NCBI GenBank assembly: GCA_963725665.1
Contig: CAVRZA010000001.1
Location: 96,001 to 160,000, forward strand
DNA length: 64,000 nucleotides
From: an uncultured Actinomycetes bacterium
Lineage (GTDB): Bacteria > Actinomycetota > Thermoleophilia > UBA2241
Direction: 5' to 3'
Below are positions 50,265 to 60,407 of this stretch, piece by piece. Below the pieces are notes generated by a model. That model worked only from the letters and a program-made list of their open reading frames with translations, was not told the origin of the DNA and did not search any database. Numbering within the stretch: the first letter of the stretch is position 1; every line of letters starts with the position of its first letter. The translations under genes were made by a program, and so were the position numbers.

Positions 50265-51278
50265 TCAGTCTGCGCGGACGGTGGCGTGGGTACGCTCGCT
50301 GCGGAAGTGGCAGGCGGCTAGATGCGCCTGGGTGTGGTAGGCAGCCGGCGACGTCTCCGTCCCGGAGCCGTCCACCGGCAGAAGCCGCGGCTCATCCACG
50401 GCGCACACCGCCTCCGCCCGCGGGCAGCGCGTGTGAAAACGGCATCCGGAGGGGACGTCGATCGCGCTCGGCGGGTCGCCCTTGAGCGGCGCCTCCGGCG
50501 TACGTCCGACTTGACTGAGGCGTGGCGCCGACTTGAGCAGCACCTGGGTGTACGGCGCCCGCGGATCGCCGAAGAGAGCGTCCCTCGGCGCCGCTTCGGC
50601 GATCCGCCCCAGGTACATCACCGTCACTCTGTCGGAGAGATGGCGCACCACCGCCAGGTTGTGCGAGATGAGCAGGATGGCGAGGCCCAGCCGCTCGCGC
50701 AGCTCGGCGAACAGAGCCAGGATCGTAGCCTGCACCGAGACGTCCAGAGCGGACACCGGCTCATCGGCGACCAGCATGCGCGGCTCCACGGCCAGCGCCC
50801 GTGCGATGGCGATACGCTGACGCTGCCCCCCCGAAAACTGGTGCGGGTAGCCGTCCAAGGCCCGAGGCGGCAGACCGACGTATGCCAACAGCTCCCGGCA
50901 GCGTCCCTCGACCTGATCGCGCGGCACAAGGTGGTGTACGCGCAGCAGCTCCGTCAGCACCTGACGGACGGGCAGGCGAGGGTTCAAGGAGGTGGCGGGG
51001 TCTTGGTACACCATCTGGATCGAACGGCGCACCGCGGCCCGACGCTGCCGGCCGACAACGTTGCCGTCGAGCACGACCTCACCCTGTGTCGCCGCGAGCT
51101 CACCCGTGATGCAGCGCCCGATCGTGGTCTTGCCGCAGCCGGATTCGCCGACCAGGCCGACGATCTCGGCCGGCGCCAGGCGGAGGGAAACGCCGTCGAC
51201 GGCGCGGACCACGCCGTAACCCTTGACCGGGAAATGGACGTGAAGGTCGCGGACCTCGATCAGGGGCTCAGGGGACAC
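50265..51278 (-). CDS. Oligopeptide ABC ATPase (DppF-like)
   Basis: GESGCGKT, FSGGQRQR, GCRFHTRC. Confidence 0.94.
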   Translation of the reverse strand: MSPEPLIEVRDLHVHFPVKGYGVVRAVDGVSLRLAPAEIVGLVGESGCGKTTIGRCITGELAATQGEVVLDGNVVGRQRRAAVRRSIQMVYQDPATSLNPRLPVRQVLTELLRVHHLVPRDQVEGRCRELLAYVGLPPRALDGYPHQFSGGQRQRIAIARALAVEPRMLVADEPVSALDVSVQATILALFAELRERLGLAILLISHNLAVVRHLSDRVTVMYLGRIAEAAPRDALFGDPRAPYTQVLLKSAPRLSQVGRTPEAPLKGDPPSAIDVPSGCRFHTRCPRAEAVCAVDEPRLLPVDGSGTETSPAAYHTQAHLAACHFRSERTHATVRAD

Positions 51279-52266
51279 CTGCCTCCAGTCCCTCCTTCAT
51301 GAGCTCGTCCACATACAGACAGGCGCTGGCTCGACCCGGCCCCGCCGGAGCCAGCGCCACGTCGCTGGTCTCGCACGGCGACCGCGCCAGGAAGCAACGC
51401 GGGTGGAACGCGCACCCCGTGGGCCGGTTCAGCGGATCGGGCAGGCTGCCGGGGATGGGGACGGGCGCGCTCACCTCGATGTCGAGATCCACCGCCGAGC
51501 GCAGCAACCCGATGGTGTACGGGTGCAGCGGCCGCGCGAGCAGGTCGGCCGCGCGGCCCGTCTCCACCAGGCGGCCGGCGTACATCACACAGACGTCTTC
51601 GCAGAGCTCGCCGACGAGCGCCAGCTCGTGCGTGACGAACACGATGGACAGGCCCATGCTCTCCTGAAGGTCGACGAGCAGGCGCAGGATCTGCGCCTGG
51701 ATGGTCACGTCGAGAGCGGTCGTCGGCTCGTCGCAGAGCAGCACCTTGGGCTCCGACGAGAGCGCGATGGCGATCATCACCCGCTGGCGGGTGCCGCCGG
51801 AGAGCTCGTGCGGGTAGCTGCGCATGCGGCGCTCGGCGTCGGGGATGCCGACCAGACGGAGCAGCTCGAGAGCCCTCGCATCGGCCTGGGCGCGCGACAT
51901 CCCCAGCACGCGCCGAGGCGCCTCGGCGATCTGGTAACCGCACGTCATCACCGGATCGAGCGACGTGCCGGGGTCCTGGAAGATCATCCCCAGCCGGCCG
52001 CGACGGGCGGCGGGCACGCCCTTGCCGCGGAGCGGCAACTCCACGCCCGCCGCCGTCACGCGGCCGGCCGTGGCGGCGGCGCGATCCGGCAGCAGCCCCA
52101 TGGTCGCGCGCAAGGTCAGGCTCTTGCCACACCCGGATTCGCCGACAAGCCCGACGGATTTGCCGCGCTCGACCGCGAGCGAGACGCCGTCGACGGCGCG
52201 GAACCGCTCCCGGTCGCGGGTGACCTCGACCACCAGCCCGTCGACCTGCAGTGCCGGATCGCTCAT
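51268..52266 (-). CDS. Oligopeptide ABC ATPase (DppD-like)
   Basis: [38 protein letters not shown]. Confidence 0.94.
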   Translation of the reverse strand: MSDPALQVDGLVVEVTRDRERFRAVDGVSLAVERGKSVGLVGESGCGKSLTLRATMGLLPDRAAATAGRVTAAGVELPLRGKGVPAARRGRLGMIFQDPGTSLDPVMTCGYQIAEAPRRVLGMSRAQADARALELLRLVGIPDAERRMRSYPHELSGGTRQRVMIAIALSSEPKVLLCDEPTTALDVTIQAQILRLLVDLQESMGLSIVFVTHELALVGELCEDVCVMYAGRLVETGRAADLLARPLHPYTIGLLRSAVDLDIEVSAPVPIPGSLPDPLNRPTGCAFHPRCFLARSPCETSDVALAPAGPGRASACLYVDELMKEGLEAGVP

Positions 52267-53159
52267 TCGGGACGCAGCACGTCGGCCAATCCGTCGCCGA
52301 GCAGGGAGAGGCCGATGCCGGTGATGACGACGCACAGACCGGGGATGGTCGACAGCCACCACCGCGTGGTCATGAACGGCTGGCCGTCGAAGATCATCGA
52401 TCCCCAGTCGGGGTTCGGCGCCTGGATGCCCAGGCCCAGGTACCCCAGGGTGACCACGGCGAGGATGACGAAGACGATGTCCGATGTCGCGTAGACGATG
52501 GCCTGGGTGATCGTGTTGGGCAGGATGTGCCGGCTGAGGATGCGAGGATCCGACAGGCCCCCTCCCTTGGCCGCCGATGACCAGCCAAGGCGGCCGACGA
52601 CGAGTGTGGAGCTGCGCACCGTGCGCGCGTAGGTCACCCAATCGGTCAGCGCGAAGGCGATGAAGATGCCGCGGATGCCTTTGCCTACCACGAACACCAG
52701 GGTGATGATGAGTACGTAGTAGGGGAAGGCCATGACCACGTCGATGATGCGGCTGAGCACCGTGTCGGGCCAGCCCTTGTAGTAGCCGGCCAGCGTACCT
52801 ATGGTCGTCCCGATAGTGAACGGGATGAGCACCACCAGGAAGCCCGTGGCGAGGTCGAAACGGCCTGCCCACAGCAGGCGCGACCAGACATCCCGCCCGA
52901 GCTGGTCAGTCCCCAGCCAGTGGGCCCACGAAGGGGATGCCAGGATGTCGGTGAGATTCTGCTGCAGCGGCGGGTAGCGGTCGATCCACGGTGCGAGAGC
53001 GGCGAGAAGGATGAGGACGCCGAGGATGGTCGCGCCGGCGATGAGCGAGCGGTTGCGCGCCGCTTTGCGCAACAGAGGGTGCGAGCGGACGACGAGACCC
53101 TCAAGCGCGACGGCCTGGTCGCCACCGGCGCTCGGGCTACTCACGGGACTAGCGCTCAC
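52263..53159 (-). CDS. ABC permease (DppC-like)
   Basis: HWLGTDQLGRD, HILPN, PDWG. Confidence 0.93.
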   Translation of the reverse strand: MSASPVSSPSAGGDQAVALEGLVVRSHPLLRKAARNRSLIAGATILGVLILLAALAPWIDRYPPLQQNLTDILASPSWAHWLGTDQLGRDVWSRLLWAGRFDLATGFLVVLIPFTIGTTIGTLAGYYKGWPDTVLSRIIDVVMAFPYYVLIITLVFVVGKGIRGIFIAFALTDWVTYARTVRSSTLVVGRLGWSSAAKGGGLSDPRILSRHILPNTITQAIVYATSDIVFVILAVVTLGYLGLGIQAPNPDWGSMIFDGQPFMTTRWWLSTIPGLCVVITGIGLSLLGDGLADVLRPE

Positions 53160-54085
53160 GACAGCCGGATTCGCGGGTCGAGTCTCGCCGCCGTGAGATC
53201 GGTGACGAGATTGATGATGACCACCGACAGCGCGAGGACGAAGGTCACGCCCTGCACGACGGGGAAGTCACGGTTGCTGATCGAGGTGAGCATCAGGGTC
53301 CCGAGACCGTTGAGCTGGAACACCCTTTCGACGATCACCGTCGCGCCGATGAGGAAGGCCACATTGATCCCCAAGAGGGTGAGCGTCGGAATGATGGCGT
53401 TGCGCGCGACGTGGACGAGCAGCACGCGGTGCTCACGCAGTCCCTTTGCCCGCACGGTGGCGATGTAGTCGGCCTGGAGGACCTCGAGCATGCCGACGCG
53501 CAGGCTGCGCACCAGGAGCGGCACGATCGCCAGGGCCGACGTGAGGGCCGGCAGGATGAGCGCCTGGATGTGCTCGGGGACCGTGTCGCCCCAACCGCCC
53601 ACCGGGAACCAGCCCAGGTTCACGGCGAAGATCAGGATCAGGACCAGACCGACCCAGAACGACGGCATGCCGAGCCCGACTATGGGGACGGCGCGGATGA
53701 TGTGGTCTTCGGGTCGGTCTTTGCGGATGGCCGCGATGGTCGCCAGGGGTACGGTGATCAGGACGGCGAAGAGCGTGGCGAGGGCGACCAGCGCCATCGT
53801 CACGCCTATGCGGCTGGCGATGAGCGTGCGGGTGGGCACTTCATAGAAGAGTGAGGCGCCGGTGTCGCCGTGTGCCAGCTGCTTGAGGAAGAGCCAGAAC
53901 TGGATCCAGATCGGCTCGTCCAGCCCCCAGCGCGCGCGCAGTGCGGCGATCTGTTCCGGCGTGCCGCGGTTGCCGAGCAACGTCATCGCCGGATCGCCCG
54001 GTATCAGGCGCAGCAGGAAGAAGGTGACGATGGTGATGCCGAGGACCACCGGGATGGCCTGAGCCAGGCGGCGGACGATGTACAT
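53156..54085 (-). CDS. ABC permease (DppB-like)
   Basis: IPGDPA, YIATVRAKGL, RDFPVVQ, LDPRIR. Confidence 0.93.
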   Translation of the reverse strand: MYIVRRLAQAIPVVLGITIVTFFLLRLIPGDPAMTLLGNRGTPEQIAALRARWGLDEPIWIQFWLFLKQLAHGDTGASLFYEVPTRTLIASRIGVTMALVALATLFAVLITVPLATIAAIRKDRPEDHIIRAVPIVGLGMPSFWVGLVLILIFAVNLGWFPVGGWGDTVPEHIQALILPALTSALAIVPLLVRSLRVGMLEVLQADYIATVRAKGLREHRVLLVHVARNAIIPTLTLLGINVAFLIGATVIVERVFQLNGLGTLMLTSISNRDFPVVQGVTFVLALSVVIINLVTDLTAARLDPRIRLS

Positions 54086-54123
54086 CCGCCGCCCTCAGGC
54101 CATCCCGGTGTCAGTGGAACGCG

Positions 54124-55746
54124 TCACGCCAGCCAGACACTCTCCAGCATGTAGGCGCCAGCCGGGTTGACCGCGAAGCCGTTCACCGCGTTGCCCCAGG
54201 CGTAGATCGACGGCGGATAGGTCAGCGCCACATACGGTGCGTCCTGCGCCACCATGGCCTGGATCTGCTTGTACATCTCGCCGCGTTTCGCAGAGTCCAT
54301 CTCCCCCGCCGCCTCGCGCACCAGCTTCACGACGTCGGGGTTGTTGTAGCCGGTCCAGAACGAGTCAGAGCCGCCGTTCTCCGCATCGCACTGGAACGAG
54401 GCCATCTCGTCGGGGTCACTGATGTCGTTGATGGCGTTGTTGATCATCTGGTCGTAGTTGAACTTGCGGAAGTCGTCCTCGTAGGCCGCGTGGTCCTTCT
54501 GGTCGATGGTCGCGTTGATGCCGATCTTCTTCATGCCGTCCTGCAGGATCTGCGCCGTCTGCGCCCACACCTGGTTGCCCGTCGGGATGAGGATCTTGGT
54601 GTCAAAGCCGTTGGGATACCCGGACTTGGCGAGCTCTGCCTTGGCGGCCTCGATGTCGTAGGAGAGCAGCGGTGTGTTGGCATCGTAGTACTGCAGGCTG
54701 GGCGGGAAGAAGGATCCCCCTGCCGGTGCAGTGTTGAAGGTGGTCGCCGAGGCGATCGCCTTGGTATCGATGGTGTAGGCGATGGCGCGACGGACGTTGC
54801 GGTCGGCGTAGTACTTGACCTTCTCGTTGAAGAACACAAGGTCGACCGACCACGCCGGAAAGATGCCTACCGCGACCTTGCTGTCACCCTTCAGGGACTG
54901 CACCTGCGCCGGCGGCACGAGGTCGATGACCTGCACCCCCCCGCTCTGCACCTGCAACACGCGCTGGTTGTCGTCGAGGATGACGCGGAACACGACCTCG
55001 TCGAGGTACGGCTTGCCCGCCTGCCAGTAGTTGGTGTTGCGTTCAAGCGTGATCTCGGCTCCCTGCTGCGCCCAGGACTTGAGCTTGAACGGTCCCGTGG
55101 CGACGGGATTGGCGAAGAACTCCTTCTCCGAGAGGCCGTTGAGATCCTTGGGCAGGATCGCGTCAGAGTAGATCGAGAGGTCGGAGAGCAGCGGTGCCCA
55201 AGGCTGCGAGAGCAGGATCTTGACCGTGGACTGGTCGACCGACGTCACATCCTTGATGGCGAAGTTGAGGAAGCTCATCGACCCCGTCTTGCTCGTCCGC
55301 GCGCGGTTCAGCGACCACGCCACGTCGTCGGCCGTCATGGGCTTCCCGTCGCTGAAGGTGACATCCGGCTTGAGGGCGAGCGTGTAGGTCATGCCGTCCG
55401 CGCTGACCTCATGAGAGTCGACCAACCACGGCTGCAACACCCCCTTGGCGTCTGTGACGTACAGCGTCTCGTAGATCTTGTCGAGCGTGTACACGTTGCC
55501 GCTGCTGACCGCGACGTTGTGGGGATCCAGACCGACGGCCTGGACGGTGGGCTGGACGGCGCGACCGATGATCAGCTGGCCACCCGTCTTGGGCGAGCCG
55601 CTGGCGCTGGGGCTGGCCGACGACGATGTGGATGTGCCCCCGCAGGCCGCGGCCAGTCGCCCGAGAGCCAGCAGTCCGACCCCCGCGGCTCCGACCTTGA
55701 GTACGTCCCTGCGCGTGTACTCTTCCTTACTCCAAGACATGACCAT
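54124..55746 (-). CDS. Family 5 ABC substrate-binding Tat lipoprotein
   Basis: TRRDVLK Tat motif, AAAC lipobox, FSDGKPMTADDV, TGPF. Confidence 0.92.
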   Translation of the reverse strand: MVMSWSKEEYTRRDVLKVGAAGVGLLALGRLAAACGGTSTSSSASPSASGSPKTGGQLIIGRAVQPTVQAVGLDPHNVAVSSGNVYTLDKIYETLYVTDAKGVLQPWLVDSHEVSADGMTYTLALKPDVTFSDGKPMTADDVAWSLNRARTSKTGSMSFLNFAIKDVTSVDQSTVKILLSQPWAPLLSDLSIYSDAILPKDLNGLSEKEFFANPVATGPFKLKSWAQQGAEITLERNTNYWQAGKPYLDEVVFRVILDDNQRVLQVQSGGVQVIDLVPPAQVQSLKGDSKVAVGIFPAWSVDLVFFNEKVKYYADRNVRRAIAYTIDTKAIASATTFNTAPAGGSFFPPSLQYYDANTPLLSYDIEAAKAELAKSGYPNGFDTKILIPTGNQVWAQTAQILQDGMKKIGINATIDQKDHAAYEDDFRKFNYDQMINNAINDISDPDEMASFQCDAENGGSDSFWTGYNNPDVVKLVREAAGEMDSAKRGEMYKQIQAMVAQDAPYVALTYPPSIYAWGNAVNGFAVNPAGAYMLESVWLA

Positions 55747-55894
55747 CCCCTAGCGTCGCTTGTGACTCCCCAATTAAGAACTCATCGAGCACGGTCCGCT
55801 CACCGGTCTCGCCACGAGGTCTACCATCCGCGCGTGGCAAGGTCAATGGGCTTGCCCCCACCCCGTCTGTCGGCCGCACGCTATCCCTAATGCA

Positions 55895-56021
55895 TCAATG
55901 AGTCAGCATTGAGAGCGCAAAATAGACAGATTGGTATCTTACTAATGGCTTGTGCGAACGTGCAAGGGCCATACAATGGTGTCATTAGGCATTGACGGAG
56001 ATTTCACAGAACCTTTAGATT
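55895..56021. promoter_or_regulatory. AT-rich divergent control region with a candidate operator and promoters
   Basis: TCAATG-N6-CATTGA (55895-55912); TTGTGC-N16-TACAAT; TTGACG-N18-TAGATT. Confidence 0.5.
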
Positions 56022-56061
56022 ATGAACGGATCGACCCAACAGAATCGGGAACGGAGGACTT

Positions 56062-56856
56062 GTGATCCGAGACGCTGAGTCGTCTGTCAGCAGCGTTTCA
56101 AACGGCGGCGATTCATCATCGCGCCGTGCCTATGAGGTTCTGAGGAGAGCGTTCGTACTGTGCGAGGTCATGCCGGGGAGCCAAGTGACGGAGTCATTTC
56201 TGGCGGAGCGATATGGTCTGACTCGTGCGGCGGTGCGTGCGGCCCTCGGGAGACTGCGCCAACAGCACTGGATCGAAGCGAGCCCTAGAAAGGGTTATGT
56301 CGTTCGCCCGCTGACGCTCAAGGACATCCGGGATCTGTACGCAGTCCGTTCACTCTTAGAACCGGCGGCTGCGGAGATGGCGGCGCGCAATGCCAGTGAG
56401 TCCCAATTGGCCGAGATTGGAGAGCTGGCACGTGTGAACGCCGATGACGGTGCTGGCTATGAGGCCATCAGAGACTTCCTGGAGGTGAACACTCGATTCC
56501 ACGTGGCGGTTGCGACCGCTTCTGGGAACGAACGGATTGCGCAGATGCTCGAAGAAGTGCTCGTCGAGATGGAGAGGATGTTCCATTTCGGTCTGGCGTC
56601 CGCGAGTCGAAGCTTCGAGATGTCGCATGAGCACGGCAAGCTCGTAGATGCTCTCATGGCGGGGGATTCAGCTGCAGCCAGCGCAGCCGTGCGGGAGCAG
56701 CTAAGGACGTCGGAGAAGATGGTTGTCGACGTGGTGTTGTTGCAGAATCCCATGCTACAAAACGTGAACCTTGCGCAGGAGGCCCACATGAAGGGCTACG
56801 CCCCTGCTCGCATCGACACGGAGTACAGCCGCGAAACGGACAAGGATCGGCTGTGA
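56062..56856 (+). CDS. GntR-family regulator (FCD domain)
   Basis: PGSQVTESFLAERYGLTRAAVRAAL, LYAVRSLLE, NTRFH..A.ASGN, EH. Confidence 0.92.
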   Translation: MIRDAESSVSSVSNGGDSSSRRAYEVLRRAFVLCEVMPGSQVTESFLAERYGLTRAAVRAALGRLRQQHWIEASPRKGYVVRPLTLKDIRDLYAVRSLLEPAAAEMAARNASESQLAEIGELARVNADDGAGYEAIRDFLEVNTRFHVAVATASGNERIAQMLEEVLVEMERMFHFGLASASRSFEMSHEHGKLVDALMAGDSAAASAAVREQLRTSEKMVVDVVLLQNPMLQNVNLAQEAHMKGYAPARIDTEYSRETDKDRL

Positions 56857-57123
56857 CCCGGAATCGCTTCCACCCAGTCCGGCGGCCCTGGAGCGCTCAT
56901 GTGAGACAGTGCCACGGGGTCCGACCTACGAATGAGGGCATCGATCGGAGCTACACAGGCATGACCGCTTGACCCAATACGCTCGTCCCGACCATCGGTA
57001 TTCAGGTCGGGCACGGCTCTCCTCATGCTGCGGGGCCGCCGCCCAATGCGCAGCCGGAAGGGAGCTGGGGATAGGAGGCGAGCAGCAGCGAGCGAGTACT
57101 CTGCGAGACCGTCAGACCTGAAG

Positions 57124-58569
57124 GTGCATGATCGGCGCCCGGCGTACGAGGAGTTCCTCGACCGCTTTCCCGAGTATGCGGAGACGGCCAAGCTCGACGA
57201 ACTACGCATCACCGAATACGAACGCTTGGACCGCCTGGGTCACGTCTACCTCGACTACACGGGCGGAGGGCTGTTCGCGCAACGGCAGCTCCGCGAGCAT
57301 TGCCAGCTCCTCGGAGCGCATGTGCTCGGCAACCCGCATTCGCATAACCCAGCGTCGCGTGCCGCCACGGAGCTCGTCGAGGAGGCGCGCGAGGACGTTC
57401 ACCGCTTCTTCAACGCCGACCCGCGCGAGTACGAAGTCATCTTCGTATCCAATGCCAGCGGAGCACTGAAGCTTGTGGGCGAGGCGTACCCGTTCGACCG
57501 GCAGGCTGGCCTGCTACTGACCTTCGATAACCACAACTCAGTCAACGGCATGCGTGAGTTCGCCCACACGAGGGGTGCTACCACCACATACGTCCCAGTG
57601 TGCAACCCCGACTTGCGTGTCGACGGAGAGCTTCTGCAGCAGGCGCTGCGCGAGTCGCGGTCGCCCGATCCCACATCCCCTCCAACAGGGGGCCTTTTCG
57701 CCTACCCAGCGCAGTCGAACTTCAGCGGGGTGCAACACCCCCTGTCCTGGGTGAGGGACGCGCGCGCACACGGCTGGGACGTGATCCTCGACTGCGCTGC
57801 ATACGTGCCCACGAATCGCCTCGACATGCGGCGTGTGGGAGCCGACTTCGTGCCAATCTCGTTCTACAAGATGTTCGGCTACCCGACGGGTATCGGCGCC
57901 TTGATAGCCCGGCGCAAAGCGCTGTCCCGGCTGCGGCGACCGTGGTTCGCTGGCGGCACCATCACGATCGCCTCTGTGCAGAACGAGGATTGGCACCGTC
58001 TGGCGCCGGCACCTGCTGGCTTCGAGGACGGCACCCTCGATTACCTTGGCTTGCCAGCGGTGAGCATGGGGCTGCGCTACCTGGAGTCGATCGGGATGGA
58101 TACTATCCACACGCGGGTCTCGTGTCTGACCGCTTGGCTGATCGACGAGTTGTTGCGGCTGCGGCACAGCAACGGGCATCCGCTGGTACGCATCTTCGGT
58201 CCGCGGGACATGGAGGGGCGCGGCGCCACGATCGCTCTGCACCTGCTCGATCCCCGTGGCCGTCCGTACGACGTTTACGACATCGAGACAGCCGCAGGAC
58301 GCGAGCTCATCTCCATCCGCACCGGGTGCTTCTGTAACCCGGGTGACGGGGAGGTCGCCCATGAGATCACGAGTGGTGATATGGAGCCCTGCTTCCGCGA
58401 CAGCACGGCGATTGTCTCCCTGACCCAATGTCAACGGTCAATCGAGGACGCCACCGGCAAGGTGCCAAACACTATTCGTATATCGCTCGGCCTGGTCTCG
58501 AACTTCGAAGACGTCTGCCGCTTCGTGGCATTCACGGGGCGTTATCGCGACAGGCTTGAGGGTCGATGA
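57124..58569 (+). CDS. Class V PLP enzyme, molybdenum cofactor sulfurase NifS-like domain (start uncertain, ORF open from 57025)
   Basis: YLDYTG, GNPHS, DNHNSVNG, AQSNFSG, ISFYKMFGYPTG.GAL, FEDGT, RTGCFCNPG. Confidence 0.88.
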   Translation: MHDRRPAYEEFLDRFPEYAETAKLDELRITEYERLDRLGHVYLDYTGGGLFAQRQLREHCQLLGAHVLGNPHSHNPASRAATELVEEAREDVHRFFNADPREYEVIFVSNASGALKLVGEAYPFDRQAGLLLTFDNHNSVNGMREFAHTRGATTTYVPVCNPDLRVDGELLQQALRESRSPDPTSPPTGGLFAYPAQSNFSGVQHPLSWVRDARAHGWDVILDCAAYVPTNRLDMRRVGADFVPISFYKMFGYPTGIGALIARRKALSRLRRPWFAGGTITIASVQNEDWHRLAPAPAGFEDGTLDYLGLPAVSMGLRYLESIGMDTIHTRVSCLTAWLIDELLRLRHSNGHPLVRIFGPRDMEGRGATIALHLLDPRGRPYDVYDIETAAGRELISIRTGCFCNPGDGEVAHEITSGDMEPCFRDSTAIVSLTQCQRSIEDATGKVPNTIRISLGLVSNFEDVCRFVAFTGRYRDRLEGR

Positions 58570-58581
58570 GACCTCTCCGCG

Positions 58582-58751
58582 CGTCGGAGCCCAAGGTGGT
58601 GCTCTGCGAGAGCCGAGACCGCTCTCGACGTGACGATCCAGGCTCAGATTCAGCGCCTGCTCGTCGACCTTCAGGAGGAGGTGGGTCTGTTTCCATCGTG
58701 TTCGTCACGCACGAACTGACGTTCGTCGGCGAGCTTCTGCGAAGACGTCTG
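58582..58751 (+). pseudogene. Degenerate inverted copy of part of the DppD-like ATPase gene (51590-51758)
   Basis: [27 protein letters not shown] and [13 protein letters not shown] readable across frameshifts. Confidence 0.85.
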
Positions 58752-58784
58752 AGCGGCATCCACTCGGAAAGCAGGTGTAGGCAG

Positions 58785-59954
58785 ATGGTACGCTCAATTG
58801 AGTTCATCATGACGGCAGGACCCGTCGAGTTGTCTGACAGGGTCCGCTCCGCTCTCGGTAGCCAGCTCCTGTTCGACTACTCGCAGCCGTTTCTCGATCT
58901 CTTCCGAGACACCGAGCAGAAGTTCAAGCAGTTCCTTAAGACCGGCAACGACATCGTCATGATGCAGGGAGAAGCGCTGCTCGGGCTTGAGGCGATATCT
59001 CTCTGCGGTCTCGACGAGGGCGATGTCGTCATCAACGTCGAGAGCGGCCACTACGGCGAGGGCAACCGCTACTTCATAGAGAAGTACGGCGGCAAGGTAG
59101 TCCCGGTCGAGACGCCGTGGAACACGGTCGCGGAGCCCGAGCAGCTCGAGGCTGTGCTCAAAGCTCACCCGGAGGCGAAGATCCTCTGGCTCGTCCACTG
59201 TGAGACGCCCTGCGGGACGCAAGCCGACCTGGAGTCTCTGGCCAAGCTGGGCAAGCAGTACGGCAAGCTGGTGTTCGTCGACTCGGTGAGCTGTGCCGGT
59301 AGCTCCCCTGTGGAGGTCGATGCCTGGGGCATCGATATTGTCTCGGTGGGGTCTCAGAAGGTACTGGGGGCGCCCCCCGGCCTGAGCGCAATGTCTATCT
59401 CGGAGGCCGCCTGGGACGTCTTCCGCGGCGTCAAGCAGCCGAATCGCTATTCGTACTTCAGCATCCTTGACTGGAAGGAGCTCTGGCTCGAGAAAGGGAT
59501 ATGGCCCTACACCGCGTCGACCACGGAAGTGGCGGCGCTGAACGCAGCGGTGAGCGAGTACCTCGAAGTCGGGCACGAGGAGCATTTCCGCAGGTACGCG
59601 GAGATTGGCCGTGCCGCTCGGGCTGGGGTCGAGGCGATGGGCCTGAAGCTGTGGCCTGATAATGCACAGCACGCCTGCAACGTCGCCACTGCGATCTCTG
59701 TGCCCGACGGTATCGACGACGAGCATCTGCGGCGGCGCATGATTGAGAAGTTCGGCGTATTGATCTCCGGCAGCCTCTTCAACACGCCTATCTACGGCAA
59801 GTTGGTGCGCTTGGGCCACATGGGCAGAACGTGCAGTCCCGCATATGGCAGCGTCGCGCTCACCGCGCTCGGCCACTGCCTCAACGAGATGGGCTGTCGC
59901 GTGGACGTAGGCGCCGGAATCGACGCCTTCCTCGCTCAACTCGATCCGGTGTGA
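58785..59954 (+). CDS. Class V aminotransferase, pyridoxamine-pyruvate transaminase-like
   Basis: TAGPV, LLFDY, QGEALLGLEA, HCETPCG, GSQKVLGAPPGL, SILDW, GKLVRLGHMG; resembles the M. loti PPAT sequence as recalled. Confidence 0.8.
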   Translation: MVRSIEFIMTAGPVELSDRVRSALGSQLLFDYSQPFLDLFRDTEQKFKQFLKTGNDIVMMQGEALLGLEAISLCGLDEGDVVINVESGHYGEGNRYFIEKYGGKVVPVETPWNTVAEPEQLEAVLKAHPEAKILWLVHCETPCGTQADLESLAKLGKQYGKLVFVDSVSCAGSSPVEVDAWGIDIVSVGSQKVLGAPPGLSAMSISEAAWDVFRGVKQPNRYSYFSILDWKELWLEKGIWPYTASTTEVAALNAAVSEYLEVGHEEHFRRYAEIGRAARAGVEAMGLKLWPDNAQHACNVATAISVPDGIDDEHLRRRMIEKFGVLISGSLFNTPIYGKLVRLGHMGRTCSPAYGSVALTALGHCLNEMGCRVDVGAGIDAFLAQLDPV

Positions 59955-60247
59955 GGCTAGGCGTCTACCGAGACCGCCGCGAACGAAATGCATCGAGTTC
60001 GAAGAATGGAGGGAGAATCTCGGGCACGTCCGGAGTGTGACAGTAGCCGTGCCGTCGGGCACGATCGACGTGCTGCGGAGTATCTCCTCGCTCGTGCGCC
60101 AAGCCGTTCACTCGGGCTAACGTCCGGCTAACGAACTGCTCGATTCAACCTGACTCTCGCTGGCACTCAGTGTCAGACCACGCCTGCTCTTCACGCTCGT
60201 GGGCGCACTCAGTGGCACTCACCGGCACGCACTAGCACGATACTCGA

Positions 60248-60296
60248 CGCCTTTGCACGGCGGAGGCCAGGGATTCGACTCCCCTGCGGTACACCA
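60248..60296 (+). repeat. tRNA-Ala 3'-part copy (att site C)
   Basis: 46/49 identical to 24424-24472. Confidence 0.93.
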
Positions 60297-60407
60297 CTCA
60301 TTTGCAGGGAACTCGTGCTCCGTACGGCGCAAAGAACCGTCCTGGACACCCCCTCCTACAACCCGATGACAAACAGACTGAGTGCGGCTCGGTGCGCCTC
60401 GGTGGGT

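Larger units (their letters stand above)
48542..60296. mobile_element. Genomic island 2, in tandem at tRNA-Ala (no intact integrase)
   Basis: Lies between att B and att C; its right end is homologous without gaps to the right end of island 1. Confidence 0.85.

Noticed and set aside
58566-58784. N-terminal ABC-like extension fused to the aminotransferase
   Set aside because: This is read-through across the degenerate ATPase fragment; homology to the transaminase starts at ATG 58785.
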